DNA from: an uncultured Verrucomicrobiae bacterium | Lineage (GTDB): Bacteria > Verrucomicrobiota > Verrucomicrobiia > Chthoniobacterales > UBA10450 | Direction: 5' to 3' | Length of the DNA: 64,000 nucleotides | NCBI GenBank assembly: GCA_963801815.1 | Contig: CAWDGJ010000003.1 | Location: 224,001 to 288,000, forward strand | In this document: positions 11,030-20,996 of the stretch, one piece after another | Numbering within the stretch: the first letter of the stretch is position 1 | Layout of the letters: the number at the start of each line of letters is the position of its first letter | Program-made: the position numbers and the translations under genes | The notes under the pieces: generated by a model | The model's input: only the letters and a program-made list of their open reading frames with translations | What the model was told of the DNA's origin: nothing | Database searches by the model: none

Positions 11030-11987
11030 TGTTCGGCGCGCTCCTCTCTGGTCCGTGCCTGCCCGCCGTAGCCTTGGCGAAGGCGGGAAAGTTCGATGAT
11101 GCGCAGACAAAGTTCCGGATAACTGATTCCGGCGACGCCGCGGCTTCCGGAAGCAGACTCGCCTCGGTCATTCCCGGAATGGTGTTGACCTCGAGCACGA
11201 ATGGCTCGCCGTTCTCCGACAACATGACGTCGACGCGCGTAAACGTCCAAGCCAAGAGCGCGAAATGCCGCGCAGGGCCAGTTCCTGAATTTTCTTCGTC
11301 AGGGTCTTGTCGATTTTCGCCGGACAAACATGTTCGGCGCTCGCGCCAGCCGCCGGATTCAGGAACGGATACTTGTTGTTGAAATCGTAAAAACCACCCT
11401 TCGGAATGATCTCGATAATCGGCAGGGCCTGATCGCCGAGAATGCCGATCGTCAGTTCGCGGCCGGATACAAATTTTTCGACCAACAATTCGCGATCGAA
11501 CTTCGCCGCCTCTTTCAAGGCCGAATCGAGCTCGCTCTCGTTTTTCACGATCACGATCCGACCGTCGAACCCTGCCGCGGCGGCTTTACCACGAGCGGCA
11601 CAGGCATTGTTGGCCGCTGGCCCGCGTCAATTACTTCCCAGTCGGGCGTGACGACTCCGCGCTCGAGAAATTTCTCCTTCGAGAGAATCTTGTCGAACGC
11701 GATCTCGACTCTCCTCAACACCTTCACCGGTGTAGGCGACGCCGCGATCTTCGAGAATTTCTTGCACCTGGCCGTCTTCGCCGAAGGTTCCGTGAATGCG
11801 ATGAAGGCGAGATCGACATCGTGCGGCAACGGGAAATTTTCGTCACGAACATCGACTTCCGTCGACTTCGCGCCGAACGAGCGCAACGCCTTGGACACGC
11901 CGCGACCGGTCGCGAGCGAAACGTCGCGCTCCGATCCCGGGCCGCCCATCAGCACCGCGATTTTTTTGGTAAGTCTTGTTTCCTCAT
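11026..11987 (-). CDS. ddl: D-alanine--D-alanine ligase; frameshifted
   Basis: IAVLMGGPGSERDVSL, VVKP..QGS, GRELTIG, FYDFNNKY and LEVNTIPGMTEASLLP motifs. Confidence 0.92.
11057..11087. repeat. ~30-nt GTAG-containing palindrome in the ddl 3' end
   Basis: GCCTGCCCGCCGTAGCCTTGGCGAAGGCGGG, encoding RLRQGYGGQA; degenerate relatives at 26998-27027 and 47005-47029. Confidence 0.75.
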
Positions 11988-14342
11988 ATGCCAGCCCGGC
12001 TCGGACCTCCCAGTCCACCCTCGGCTCCCCCACGATTTGCACTTCGGTTTCCAATTCGATTCCGCGCTTTGCTTTCGCCGCTTTCTTGATCTGATCGATC
12101 AACTCCAGCATTTCGGCCGCGGTTGCGCCGCCTTCGTTCACGATGAAATTGCCGTGCACTTCGGAGACGCGCGCATTGCCGACGCGCGAATTCTTCAAGC
12201 CGAGTTCGTCGACCAGTTTTCCGGCCGGACAAGTTTCCGGGTTCTTGAAAATGCAGCCGGCGCTCTTCGCGCTCGGTTGAGTCGTGCGCCGCTTTTCCTG
12301 CGATTCGTCCAAGCGCGCTTCGATCTCTTCGCGCCTTGACGGTGTTCCGCGAAACACGGCCGAGACGGCAAAATTCTATTCGAGCAATGGGAAACTGTCG
12401 GTAATGCACTTCCAGCTCGGCACGTTTCCTGTCATGCGCGTTGCCCTCGCATCGAGATAGCGAACGCGGACCACGTTCTCGAAAGTCTGCGCGCCCATCG
12501 CGCCGGCGTTCATCCGCAGGCCGCCGCCGACCGCGCCCGGAATTCCTTCCATCCATTCGAGCCCGCCAGATCGGCGCCGCGCGCCGCGTAGGCGATCTCC
12601 TTCAGCTTCGCGCCGACGCCCGCGGTGATTTCGTTGCCATGAATGTCGATCTTGTCGAAGTCGCCGCCGCACGGATGAACCACGACACCGCGAATTCCGC
12701 CGTCGCGCACGAGCAGATTCGATCCGCGACCGATGACGAAGAGCGGCAGATTTTCGCGCCGGCAAAAACGAATCAGTTCCGCGAAAGCTTCTTCGTTCCG
12801 CGGCTCGACCCAAAACTGCGCCGGCCCGCCGACGCGCAGGGTCGTGTGTTTCGCGAGCGGCTCGTAAAGCCGGACGTCGCCCTCCTCGCCCGACGATCTC
12901 CTTCAATTTTTCCGCGATGACCAGATCGGCCGCGAGGATGGACAGTTGTTCGTGGATGTTGCCGGCGCCGAGACTGAGAACGAGATCGCCGGAGTCGAGC
13001 ATGTTGCCGACATCGCGATGCACCCATTCCAGCCGCGGCTGGTAGCTGACGCCGCGATGTCCGTGCGCCGCGATTTCATCGGCAATCGTCTGACCGGTGA
13101 CTCCGGGAATCGGCGACTCGCTCGCTCCGTAGACGTCGGTGATCACAACACGATCGGCGTCATCGAAGGCCTGACCGAATTCCTTCCGCAGCGCCTTGGT
13201 CCGGGAATAACGATGCGGCTGAAACATCGTCAGCACGCGCTTGCGGCCGACGGATCGTGCGGTTTTCAGCGTCGCGCGGATTTCGGTCGGATGATGCGCG
13301 TAGTCGTCGACCAGAAGAAACCGCGGACTCTCGTATTTGATTTCGAAGCGCCGGCGGGCGTGACGAAACTTCGTCAGCGACTTAGCAATCTTTCTCGAAC
13401 GGAATGCCGAGCTCGGTGGCCAGCGCGATCACGCCGAGCGCATTGCGCACGTTGTGCTCGCCCGGAACATTCAGAGTGGCTTCGCCAAGTTTTGCTTTGC
13501 CCGCGTAAACGCAGAAGATGGACGGCGAAATTTCGCAGCTCGATATCAGTCGCTCGATAATCGGCATTCGTCGGAGAAACCGTAGGAGATCACGCGATCG
13601 GACGATCCACAGATTCGGGTCGCGTTCGGATCATCGGCGCAGTAAAAGACCGTGCCGCTCGTCTGGCTGAGCAGTTGGCGGAAGACTTTCTCGATCGCCG
13701 CCAGGTCCGCGTAAAAATCGAGATGCTCTTCTTCGATGTTAAGTACGAGAGCGTGCTCGGGTGGAACAAGGCGAGCGTGCCGTCGCTTTCGTCGCCTTCG
13801 GCCACGAAAAATTCGCCGCGCGCATCCCAGTGCGCGTTGGTGCCCAGGATTGGAATTTCCGCGCCGACATAGTGCGACGGATGCAAGCCGCCTTCGCGCA
13901 AAACATGCGCCGCCATGGCCGACGTCGTCGTCTTGCCATGCATTCCAGCGATGACGATTCCGCGTTTCGCCGACATGATCGCGGCCAGCGCTTCGGCGCG
14001 GCGCACGGCCAGTTTTCCGGTTTCGCGCGCCATTTTGAGGATCGGATTGTCCGGCTTGATCGCGGAGGAATAAATGACGAGCTCGGCATCGGCGGCGCTT
14101 TCGGCGCGATGTTGCTGGAAAAACTTCAGACCGAGCCGCTCGAGTCGCTCTGTTTCCTGCGAATCGACTTTGTCGGAACCGCTCACGTCGTGTCCCAGTT
14201 CAAGCAGGAGCGCGGCAATTCCGCTCATCCCGCTGCCGGCCACGCCGATCAAATGAACGCGATGGTGTTCACGGGTGAGAAACGTTCCAAGTCCGCTATT
14301 CGGACGGACTCGTTCCGTAGCTAGATCGGCATCCTTCGTCAT
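11988..14342 (-). CDS. murC-murB: MurC-MurB fusion (UDP-MurNAc-L-Ala ligase + UDP-GlcNAc-enolpyruvate reductase); frameshifted, 3' end uncertain
   Basis: MurC motifs GVAGSGMS, GMHGKTTT, EGDESD, FQPHRYSRT and GAGNI run without a separate start into MurB motifs HTTLRVGGPA, GIPGAVGG..MNAGA, SAGCIFKNP and HGNFIVN. Confidence 0.9.
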
Positions 14343-15424
14343 GAATGCGTGAAGTTCTCCATCGTGATTGCGACGCGTTGAGCAGCGTCTCGTGGCGCCA
14401 GGGTTACGCATTTTTCCGACATGCGTCTGATCTGCTCCGGGTGGTCGGTCATCTCGCGGATCTTCTGTGAAAGTGATTCGGGCGTTAGCTCCGATTCTTT
14501 CAAGACAAACGCGACTCCCGCGTCCGAGAAAATCTCTGCGTTGCGAGTTTGATGATCGTCCGCCGCGTAAGGAAACGGAATCAGGATGCTGGGCAATCCA
14601 AAAAACGCGAGCTCCGCCAGGCTGGCAGCACCAGAGCGCGCGATCGCAAAATCGGCTGCGCTGTAAACTTCTTCCATGTGATGGTGAAACGCGGCCACAA
14701 ATGCGCGGATTTGTTCCCGTCGATAATTGTCCGCAACCAGCCGTTCATCACGCGTGCCGGAGAGATGGATGACCTGGAGCGCCGCTGTCTTGATGAGCGG
14801 CAGCGATTTAATGATCGCCTGGTTGATTCCGCTGGCGCCCTGACTTCCGCCCATCACCAGCATTGTCGTCAGGTTCGGTTCCAATCCCAGTTTTTGCCGG
14901 GCCGCTTGCCGATCCAATCGTTTTAGTTCAGTTCGAATCGGCGTACCGGTTATTTCGGTGCGTACCTTGGGGAAGAATTGCGCCGCATCTTTGAAGCCAA
15001 GCAGGACTGCGCCAACCATTTTTCCCGCGAGCCGGTTGGCTTTCCCCGGGATCGCGTTCGATTCGTGAATCAAAGTTGAAATTCCGCGCATCCGTCCGGC
15101 GAGAATCGGCGCCGTCGAAGTAAATCCGCCCATACCAAGGACCACTTGCGGTTTAAACCTTTGATATATCGAGCGACAAAGCGAAAGACTCTCGGCGAAT
15201 CGCCGGATGAATCCGAAGATGGCCGGGGAATAAAGCGACGGAAAACCGACCGTCGGTAATTTTTCGAACTGAAATTGCGAACGAGTGGAGAGAGCGAGGC
15301 TGTCGATTTCTTTTTCGGAAACGAACAACAACACGTCGTGCCCGCGTTCACGCAAAACCTCGGCGACGGCAATTCCGGGAAACAAGTGTCCGCCTGTACC
15401 GCCGCATGCAATGATCGCGTTCAT
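14339..15424 (-). CDS. murG: MurG glycosyltransferase
   Basis: GGTGGHLFPG, HESNAIPG, GGSQGA, RSGAAS and DDHQTRNA motifs. Confidence 0.97.
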   Translation of the reverse strand: MNAIIACGGTGGHLFPGIAVAEVLRERGHDVLLFVSEKEIDSLALSTRSQFQFEKLPTVGFPSLYSPAIFGFIRRFAESLSLCRSIYQRFKPQVVLGMGGFTSTAPILAGRMRGISTLIHESNAIPGKANRLAGKMVGAVLLGFKDAAQFFPKVRTEITGTPIRTELKRLDRQAARQKLGLEPNLTTMLVMGGSQGASGINQAIIKSLPLIKTAALQVIHLSGTRDERLVADNYRREQIRAFVAAFHHHMEEVYSAADFAIARSGAASLAELAFFGLPSILIPFPYAADDHQTRNAEIFSDAGVAFVLKESELTPESLSQKIREMTDHPEQIRRMSEKCVTLAPRDAAQRVAITMENFTHS

Positions 15425-15503
15425 CCGATTGCCAATCGCAGCGCCCCGACGCTTTGCCGGGCGGCCGAAATACAAAATCCACGGTTCGACATCCAAAATT
15501 TCA

Positions 15504-16640
15504 TCAAATTCGCGGCGTTATGCGGACCTGAAGCGCGGAGCGTTTCTTATTGGCTGGTTCCAGGATCGCCTGCCGATAAATATTCAGCAGCAAACCGACT
15601 CCAAACAAACACCCGACGAGATTTGACCCGCCGTAGCTGATGAATGGCAGGGGCAGGCCTTTGTTCGGCAGAAGTGAAGTAGTGACTCCGATGTTTATGG
15701 CGGCCTGCAGCGCCAGCAATGACACGACGCCGGTCGCAGCCAGCAACCCGAAACGATCTTTTGCATGCAACGCGACCATGATCCCGCAGACAATCACAAC
15801 CACGAAAAGAAAAACCACCAGCAGACTGATTCGCAGCCCAAGCTCCTCACCGATCATCGGAAAAATGAAATCAGTGTGCGCGTAAGGGAGGTAGAGCATT
15901 TTCTGCCGGCCGTTGCCCAGGCCGAGCCCTTCCATTCCGCCGCTTCCCCACGCGATCAGCGCCTGCATTTGCTGCAAACCGGCATCCTCTTTATAACGCT
16001 CGAGATTGGTGAACGCGATCAGACGTTCCATGCGTGTGTGCGTCGCTCCGATGAAAATCACGCTGCTTCCGAGGACTGCCATCAATCCGAGAAGAACCGG
16101 ATTTGTTCCGGCAACGAACATCACCACGAACGTAGTCATGCCGATCAGGGCCGTTGTTCCGAGGTCGACTTCAAAAAGAATCAGAGCGAGCAGTGCAGTG
16201 ACGATCGCCAACGGAATGGCAAATCCGAACAGGGGATGTCCGGCGGCTTTTTCATACCGCGCAAACCACCAGGCCAGGAAAAACACTGCCGCGATTTTTG
16301 CGATCTCGGACGATTGAAAACCTACGGGACCCAACGCAACCCACCGTCGCGAGCCGTTGATCCGCATTCCAAGATGCGGAACGAAACAAAGCGCGAGCGT
16401 AATCACGGCGACCGCCAGCCAGATCCACCATGTGCGCTGCCAAAAATGATAATCGATCAGCGCCACCATGATGCAAACAATCAGTCCCACGCCAAGCCAT
16501 CCCGCCTGGCGTTTAAGAAAGAACAACGCATCGCCATGGCTGTCCCGCGCGAAAGCGCTCGTGCTGAAAAGCATCACAATTCCGATGACGAGCAATCCGA
16601 GCACGGCCACGAACAGGAGATAAGCGCTTTTGCGACGCAT
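15504..16640 (-). CDS. ftsW: SEDS peptidoglycan polymerase FtsW
   Basis: NGSRRW, FQSSEIAK, LPYAHTDFIF..IGEELG and LPFISYGGS motifs. Confidence 0.96.
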   Translation of the reverse strand: MRRKSAYLLFVAVLGLLVIGIVMLFSTSAFARDSHGDALFFLKRQAGWLGVGLIVCIMVALIDYHFWQRTWWIWLAVAVITLALCFVPHLGMRINGSRRWVALGPVGFQSSEIAKIAAVFFLAWWFARYEKAAGHPLFGFAIPLAIVTALLALILFEVDLGTTALIGMTTFVVMFVAGTNPVLLGLMAVLGSSVIFIGATHTRMERLIAFTNLERYKEDAGLQQMQALIAWGSGGMEGLGLGNGRQKMLYLPYAHTDFIFPMIGEELGLRISLLVVFLFVVVIVCGIMVALHAKDRFGLLAATGVVSLLALQAAINIGVTTSLLPNKGLPLPFISYGGSNLVGCLFGVGLLLNIYRQAILEPANKKRSALQVRITPRI

Positions 16641-16651
16641 GGGATCGAGAA

Positions 16652-17176
16652 CTACTCGGTTTTCTTCGCGGGTTTGGCCGGAATTAAAAGTTTCTGCCCG
16701 ATTTTTAGCTTTCGCGGGTCGTCAATGTGATTAAGCGCGACAAGGTCGTCGTACGGAACCTTGAACTTCTTCGCGATCGTTACGGGATTATCGCCCTTGG
16801 CCACGAAATAGGTTTTTCCGGAGTCGGAAACCTTCGGCCCCTGGGTTTTTGCGACAGGTTTCTGCGTGGCAGGTGAATTCGATGCTAGCGTTTGCGGCTG
16901 CGTGTCCGTCGAAGCGATGCCAACGGTGGATGCCAACGAAGAGGGAAGTGACGCCTGTCGCGTTTTGATTGCGTTGAACGCGATGATGCCAGCGACCGCG
17001 ACAACATGCAGCAGAAGCACGATCAATAGCGCGCGTGAAAGTTTCATGCTCGGTTCCCCGAGGTCGTCGTAACCGGCGGCGGCCGCGCCCAGGCGAAGCG
17101 GTCGGCGGACTGCAGTGGCGCGAAGTTTCTTTCGTTTGAAGTTGAGCAGCTTTGGCATTTTGAACTTCCTTTTCAT
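16652..17176 (-). CDS. Membrane-anchored LysM peptidoglycan-binding protein
   Basis: One TM helix, low-complexity linker, C-terminal LysM (YFVAKGDN..IAKKF...LKIGQKLLIP). Confidence 0.9.
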   Translation of the reverse strand: MKRKFKMPKLLNFKRKKLRATAVRRPLRLGAAAAGYDDLGEPSMKLSRALLIVLLLHVVAVAGIIAFNAIKTRQASLPSSLASTVGIASTDTQPQTLASNSPATQKPVAKTQGPKVSDSGKTYFVAKGDNPVTIAKKFKVPYDDLVALNHIDDPRKLKIGQKLLIPAKPAKKTE

Positions 17177-18498
17177 TGAGGGAGGGCTTGGACCAAGGCG
17201 CGGAACTGATCGCCGCGGTCGGCATAGCTTTTAAACATGTCGAACGAAGATGTGCCTGGGGAGAAAAGGACGACTTCTCCGGATTTCGCGGTCGCATGCG
17301 CGCGCTCAACTGCGTCGGCGAGCGATATCGCAATCTCGGTTTTCACCGCGCCGTCCCAGTCCCGGGTGATTTGTTTCGCCATCTCACCGATCAAAATGAC
17401 CGCGCGAACTTTTTCTTTCACCAAGGCGCGCATTGGCTGGTAATTGAATCCCTTGTCTTTTCCCCCGGCGATGAGAACGACCGGCTTGGTCTGGGCCTGC
17501 AATGCCTTCTCCATTGCGTCCAAATTTGTCGCTTTCGAATCGTTGATGTAATCGACGCCGCTGACTTGCCTGACGAATTCGCATCGGTGCGGCTGCGGCT
17601 CGTAAGCGGACAACGGCGGCACCATTTGCTCGAAGGACAATCCGCGAGCATGACCGGCCGCGAGCGTCGCCATCAGGTTCTCAATGTTGTGCGAGCCGCG
17701 CAGCTTGGTCTCACTCATTCTCAAGACCGGTTTGTTTTCAAATACGATGACGCCTTCGGAGAGACGGAAGTCCGCGCGATTGGTGTAAGCGCTGAATGTG
17801 AGCTTACGTGCGCGGAGCTCCGGCATGGTTTCGCTCGCATTGACGATCGCGACATCGTTATTCGTTTGGTTTTCAAATAGCCGAAGTTTCGCCGCGCGAT
17901 ATTCCGCGACCGATTTGTAACGATCGAGATGATCGGGTGCGAAGTTTAACCAGAGCGCGATCGATGGATGAAAAGTCTTGATTGTTTCGAGTTGGAAGGA
18001 ACTGACCTCAACCGTGAGCACGTCGTATTTGATCTTTTCACGCGCCACTTCAGAAAGCGGCTTACCGATGTTTCCGCACGCGATCGTTTTCTGCCCGCAT
18101 TGGTTCAACATCTGGGCGAGCATTTCGGTCGTCGTGGTTTTGCCGTTCGTGCCCGTGACCGCGATGACCGGCGTTTCGCACGAGCGCCAGCCCAGTTCAA
18201 GCTCGCCGATGATGTTCATTTTTCTCGACCAAAAATTGCGGCCGAGCGCGGATGCTGGATCGATTCCCGGGCTCGTGACGACAAAGGCGAACTTGTCGGA
18301 ATTGCGGTCCGCATCCGTTCCGGCAATAACGCGCACGCCCTGCGCGCGCAGATTGTCGATGGTCGATCGCAGAAGCTTCTTTTCGTCGGCGCTGTCGAGG
18401 ACGGTGACGTTTGCCCCTTCGGACCTGAGCAAAAGTGCCGCCGCAGCGCCACTTAAGCCCGCTCCGAGAACCGCCACGTTTTGGTTTGAATAGCGCAA
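17173..18498 (-). CDS. murD: MurD ligase
   Basis: TGTNGKTTT, EVSSFQLE, DHLDRY, HRCE, NDSKATN and SSFDMFKSYADRG motifs. Confidence 0.97.
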   Translation of the reverse strand: MRYSNQNVAVLGAGLSGAAAALLLRSEGANVTVLDSADEKKLLRSTIDNLRAQGVRVIAGTDADRNSDKFAFVVTSPGIDPASALGRNFWSRKMNIIGELELGWRSCETPVIAVTGTNGKTTTTEMLAQMLNQCGQKTIACGNIGKPLSEVAREKIKYDVLTVEVSSFQLETIKTFHPSIALWLNFAPDHLDRYKSVAEYRAAKLRLFENQTNNDVAIVNASETMPELRARKLTFSAYTNRADFRLSEGVIVFENKPVLRMSETKLRGSHNIENLMATLAAGHARGLSFEQMVPPLSAYEPQPHRCEFVRQVSGVDYINDSKATNLDAMEKALQAQTKPVVLIAGGKDKGFNYQPMRALVKEKVRAVILIGEMAKQITRDWDGAVKTEIAISLADAVERAHATAKSGEVVLFSPGTSSFDMFKSYADRGDQFRALVQALPQ

Positions 18499-18504
18499 TT
18501 TTTT

Positions 18505-19605
18505 CTACCTCAACTTCAAAGTCGCGAGCCCGAGCAGCGCGAAAATTCCGGACAAAATCCAGAAACGGACGATCACGGTATTCTCTTTCCAACCGGCGAG
18601 TTCGAAATGATGATGCAGCGGCGACATCGCGAAAATGCGCTTGCCGGTAAGTTTGAAGCTCATGACCTGGAGAATCACCGAGATCACTTCGATCACGAAT
18701 ACGCCGCCAACGACCACGAGCAGCAGTTCTTGTTTGCAGCAGATCGCAACCACGCCAAGCATACCGCCGATTGCGAGCGACCCGGTATCGCCCATGAAAA
18801 CCTTGGCGGGGTGGCAATTGAACCAAAGAAAGCCAAGGCCGGCGCCCACCAGTGCGGCGCAGACAACGGTCAGCTCGGCGGTGAATGGATAGAATGGGAC
18901 TTGCAGGTATTCGGCGATGCGAAAATTTCCTGCGACGTAAGATAGTAATGCGTAGTCGAATGCGACCGTGATCGTGCAACCGATCGCCAGTCCGTCGAGG
19001 CCGTCGGTAAGATTGACGGCGTTGGACGAACCAACGATCACGAGCGCGAAGAAGAAAAACGTGAACCAACTCATGTTCGCGATGACCGGAGCTTTGACGA
19101 ATGGCACATAAAGTTCGCGCGCCTGGACTTCGAGCAGGGGACTGGTCAGAAAGACGGCGGTGACGATTCCCGCCAGAATGAGTTGGAAAACGAGCTTGAT
19201 GCGGCCGTTGACCCCGGAGGTATTTTTCTTGGTGACCTTCAGGTAGTCGTCGGCGAACCCGAGGGCGCCGAGATAGAGCATGCTGAAAAGTGCGAGCCAG
19301 ACGAAACGATTGTCCGGCCTCGCCCAGAGAAAACTGGAAATGAAAACCGCACCGATGATCAAAACGCCGCCCATCGTCGGCGTTCCCTGTTTGACTCCGT
19401 GCAGGTCGGCCAGCCGATGAACTTCGGATGCTTGACGGATCGGCTGACCAAGTTTGAGCGCAGTCAGAACCCGAATCACGAAGTTTCCAAACAGTAGCGA
19501 CAGGACAAACGCGGTAATGGCGCCCGCGACGGCGCGAAACGTGACGTAAAAGAAAACGTTGAAGCCGCTGACGTGCTCGCTCAGGCGATGGAGGTAGTAC
19601 ATCAT
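18505..19605 (-). CDS. mraY: Phospho-MurNAc-pentapeptide transferase MraY
   Basis: GTPTMGG, NAVNLTDGLDGL, FMGDTGS and PLHHHFE motifs. Confidence 0.98.
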   Translation of the reverse strand: MMYYLHRLSEHVSGFNVFFYVTFRAVAGAITAFVLSLLFGNFVIRVLTALKLGQPIRQASEVHRLADLHGVKQGTPTMGGVLIIGAVFISSFLWARPDNRFVWLALFSMLYLGALGFADDYLKVTKKNTSGVNGRIKLVFQLILAGIVTAVFLTSPLLEVQARELYVPFVKAPVIANMSWFTFFFFALVIVGSSNAVNLTDGLDGLAIGCTITVAFDYALLSYVAGNFRIAEYLQVPFYPFTAELTVVCAALVGAGLGFLWFNCHPAKVFMGDTGSLAIGGMLGVVAICCKQELLLVVVGGVFVIEVISVILQVMSFKLTGKRIFAMSPLHHHFELAGWKENTVIVRFWILSGIFALLGLATLKLR

Positions 19606-20996
19606 ACGCGGGCGCTCTCCGGTGAACTGCGTTTGGCGAAAACTGCGATCACCTCTTCGGTCCGCGCAAGGCGGCTTCCTTTGATCAAAATGAGATCGCC
19701 AGGCTCCGCAACGTCGATCAGCAACTCGGCCGCCTCCAATGTCGATCCAACGGCGCTGCTTTTCTCAAGTCCGGCTCGTTCCGACGCACGAGCGATGACT
19801 TCTCCCATCTCGCCGATTCCGATTAGTCGATCGACTCCAAGCGCAGCCGCTTCTTCACCGACTTCCTGATGCCCACGTTCCGATTCCGCGCCCAGTTCAC
19901 GCATTTCGCCAAGCACTGCGATTCTTTTTCCATCAGCCGGAAGTTCGACCAGCGTCCGCAATGCAGCTTTCATCGAATCCGGATTCGCATTGTAACTGTC
20001 GTCGAGGAAAAGAACGCCGTTGATCTCCTTGATCTGCAGCCGCGCTTTGGTCAGCGGCGCCGTGGCCAGGCCAATCGCACATTCTTCAAGAAGAACGCCG
20101 AAGGCGCGGCCCGCCGCGATGGCTAGCAATGCGTTTTGAATCATGTGAGAGCCTGGCACGGACAACCGCGCGCGGCAGCGGTGCGCGCCTTCCAGGATCG
20201 TGAAATCGGCCCCGTCGGAGCTTTGCTCAATATCGGTTGCGCGAAAGCCACCGTTTTCGATTCCGGCAAAAATTACCCGCGCGCGGGTGCGTTTCGCGAT
20301 CCCTTCGCTGAACGGATCGTCCGCATTGAGAATCACCGTGCCGTCGTCGCCAACGGCTTCGGCAAGCGCGCCTTTTTCCTGCGCGATTGCTTCGCGCGTG
20401 CCCATGAATTCAATGTGGGCGACACCCACATTAGTGATGATCGCGGCATCCGGCGCGGCGATCTTCGCCAGGGGAGCGACTTCGCCGGGATGGTTCATGC
20501 CGATTTCCCAGACTGCTACTTCGTCGGCCGACGTTGCTTCCAACATCGTACGTGGCAATCCAACGTGATTGTTAAAGTTGCCCTGTGTCTTGGTGACGCG
20601 AAATTTTCGACCGAGGACAGACGCGGCAAAATCCTTCGTGCTCGTTTTGCCGTTGCTACCGGTGATAGCGAGAACTCTGAGTGACAGCGATTTCCGATAA
20701 TTCGAGGCCAGGGTTTGGTAGGCAACCAGCGTATCCTTCGCCCGAATAATTGCGAACTTGCTTGGAACTTTTCCTTTCCAACTAGGGGCGACAATCGCTC
20801 CAGCGGCACCGCTCTTTGCCACATCTTCAATAAACTTGTGACCGTCGAAATTTTCACCGCGCAGGGCAACAAACAGTTCGCCCTTCTTAACGGTTCGAGA
20901 ATCGGTGCTGATTCTTTCGATTGAAACCGATCCGTCCCCGGTTTCGAGGTTCGCTTCGGCCAGCTTTGCAATTTGTGAAATCGATAAAGGATTCAT
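19602..20996 (-). CDS. murF: MurF ligase
   Basis: GSNGKTSTK, NFNNHVGLP, EIGMNHPGE, DDSYNANPDS and KGSR motifs. Confidence 0.97.
   Translation of the reverse strand: MNPLSISQIAKLAEANLETGDGSVSIERISTDSRTVKKGELFVALRGENFDGHKFIEDVAKSGAAGAIVAPSWKGKVPSKFAIIRAKDTLVAYQTLASNYRKSLSLRVLAITGSNGKTSTKDFAASVLGRKFRVTKTQGNFNNHVGLPRTMLEATSADEVAVWEIGMNHPGEVAPLAKIAAPDAAIITNVGVAHIEFMGTREAIAQEKGALAEAVGDDGTVILNADDPFSEGIAKRTRARVIFAGIENGGFRATDIEQSSDGADFTILEGAHRCRARLSVPGSHMIQNALLAIAAGRAFGVLLEECAIGLATAPLTKARLQIKEINGVLFLDDSYNANPDSMKAALRTLVELPADGKRIAVLGEMRELGAESERGHQEVGEEAAALGVDRLIGIGEMGEVIARASERAGLEKSSAVGSTLEAAELLIDVAEPGDLILIKGSRLARTEEVIAVFAKRSSPESARV

Noticed and set aside
7184..14342. Pseudogenisation or programmed frameshifting of ftsZ, ftsA, ftsQ, ddl and murC-murB
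   Set aside because: Key motifs are retained, the breaks are scattered 1-bp indels without shared slippery sites, and the rest of the operon is intact. Sequencing error is far more likely.
16652..17176. LysM gene inside the dcw cluster and the MurC-MurB fusion as novelties
   Set aside because: Both are already known features of PVC dcw clusters; useful for taxonomy but not new.
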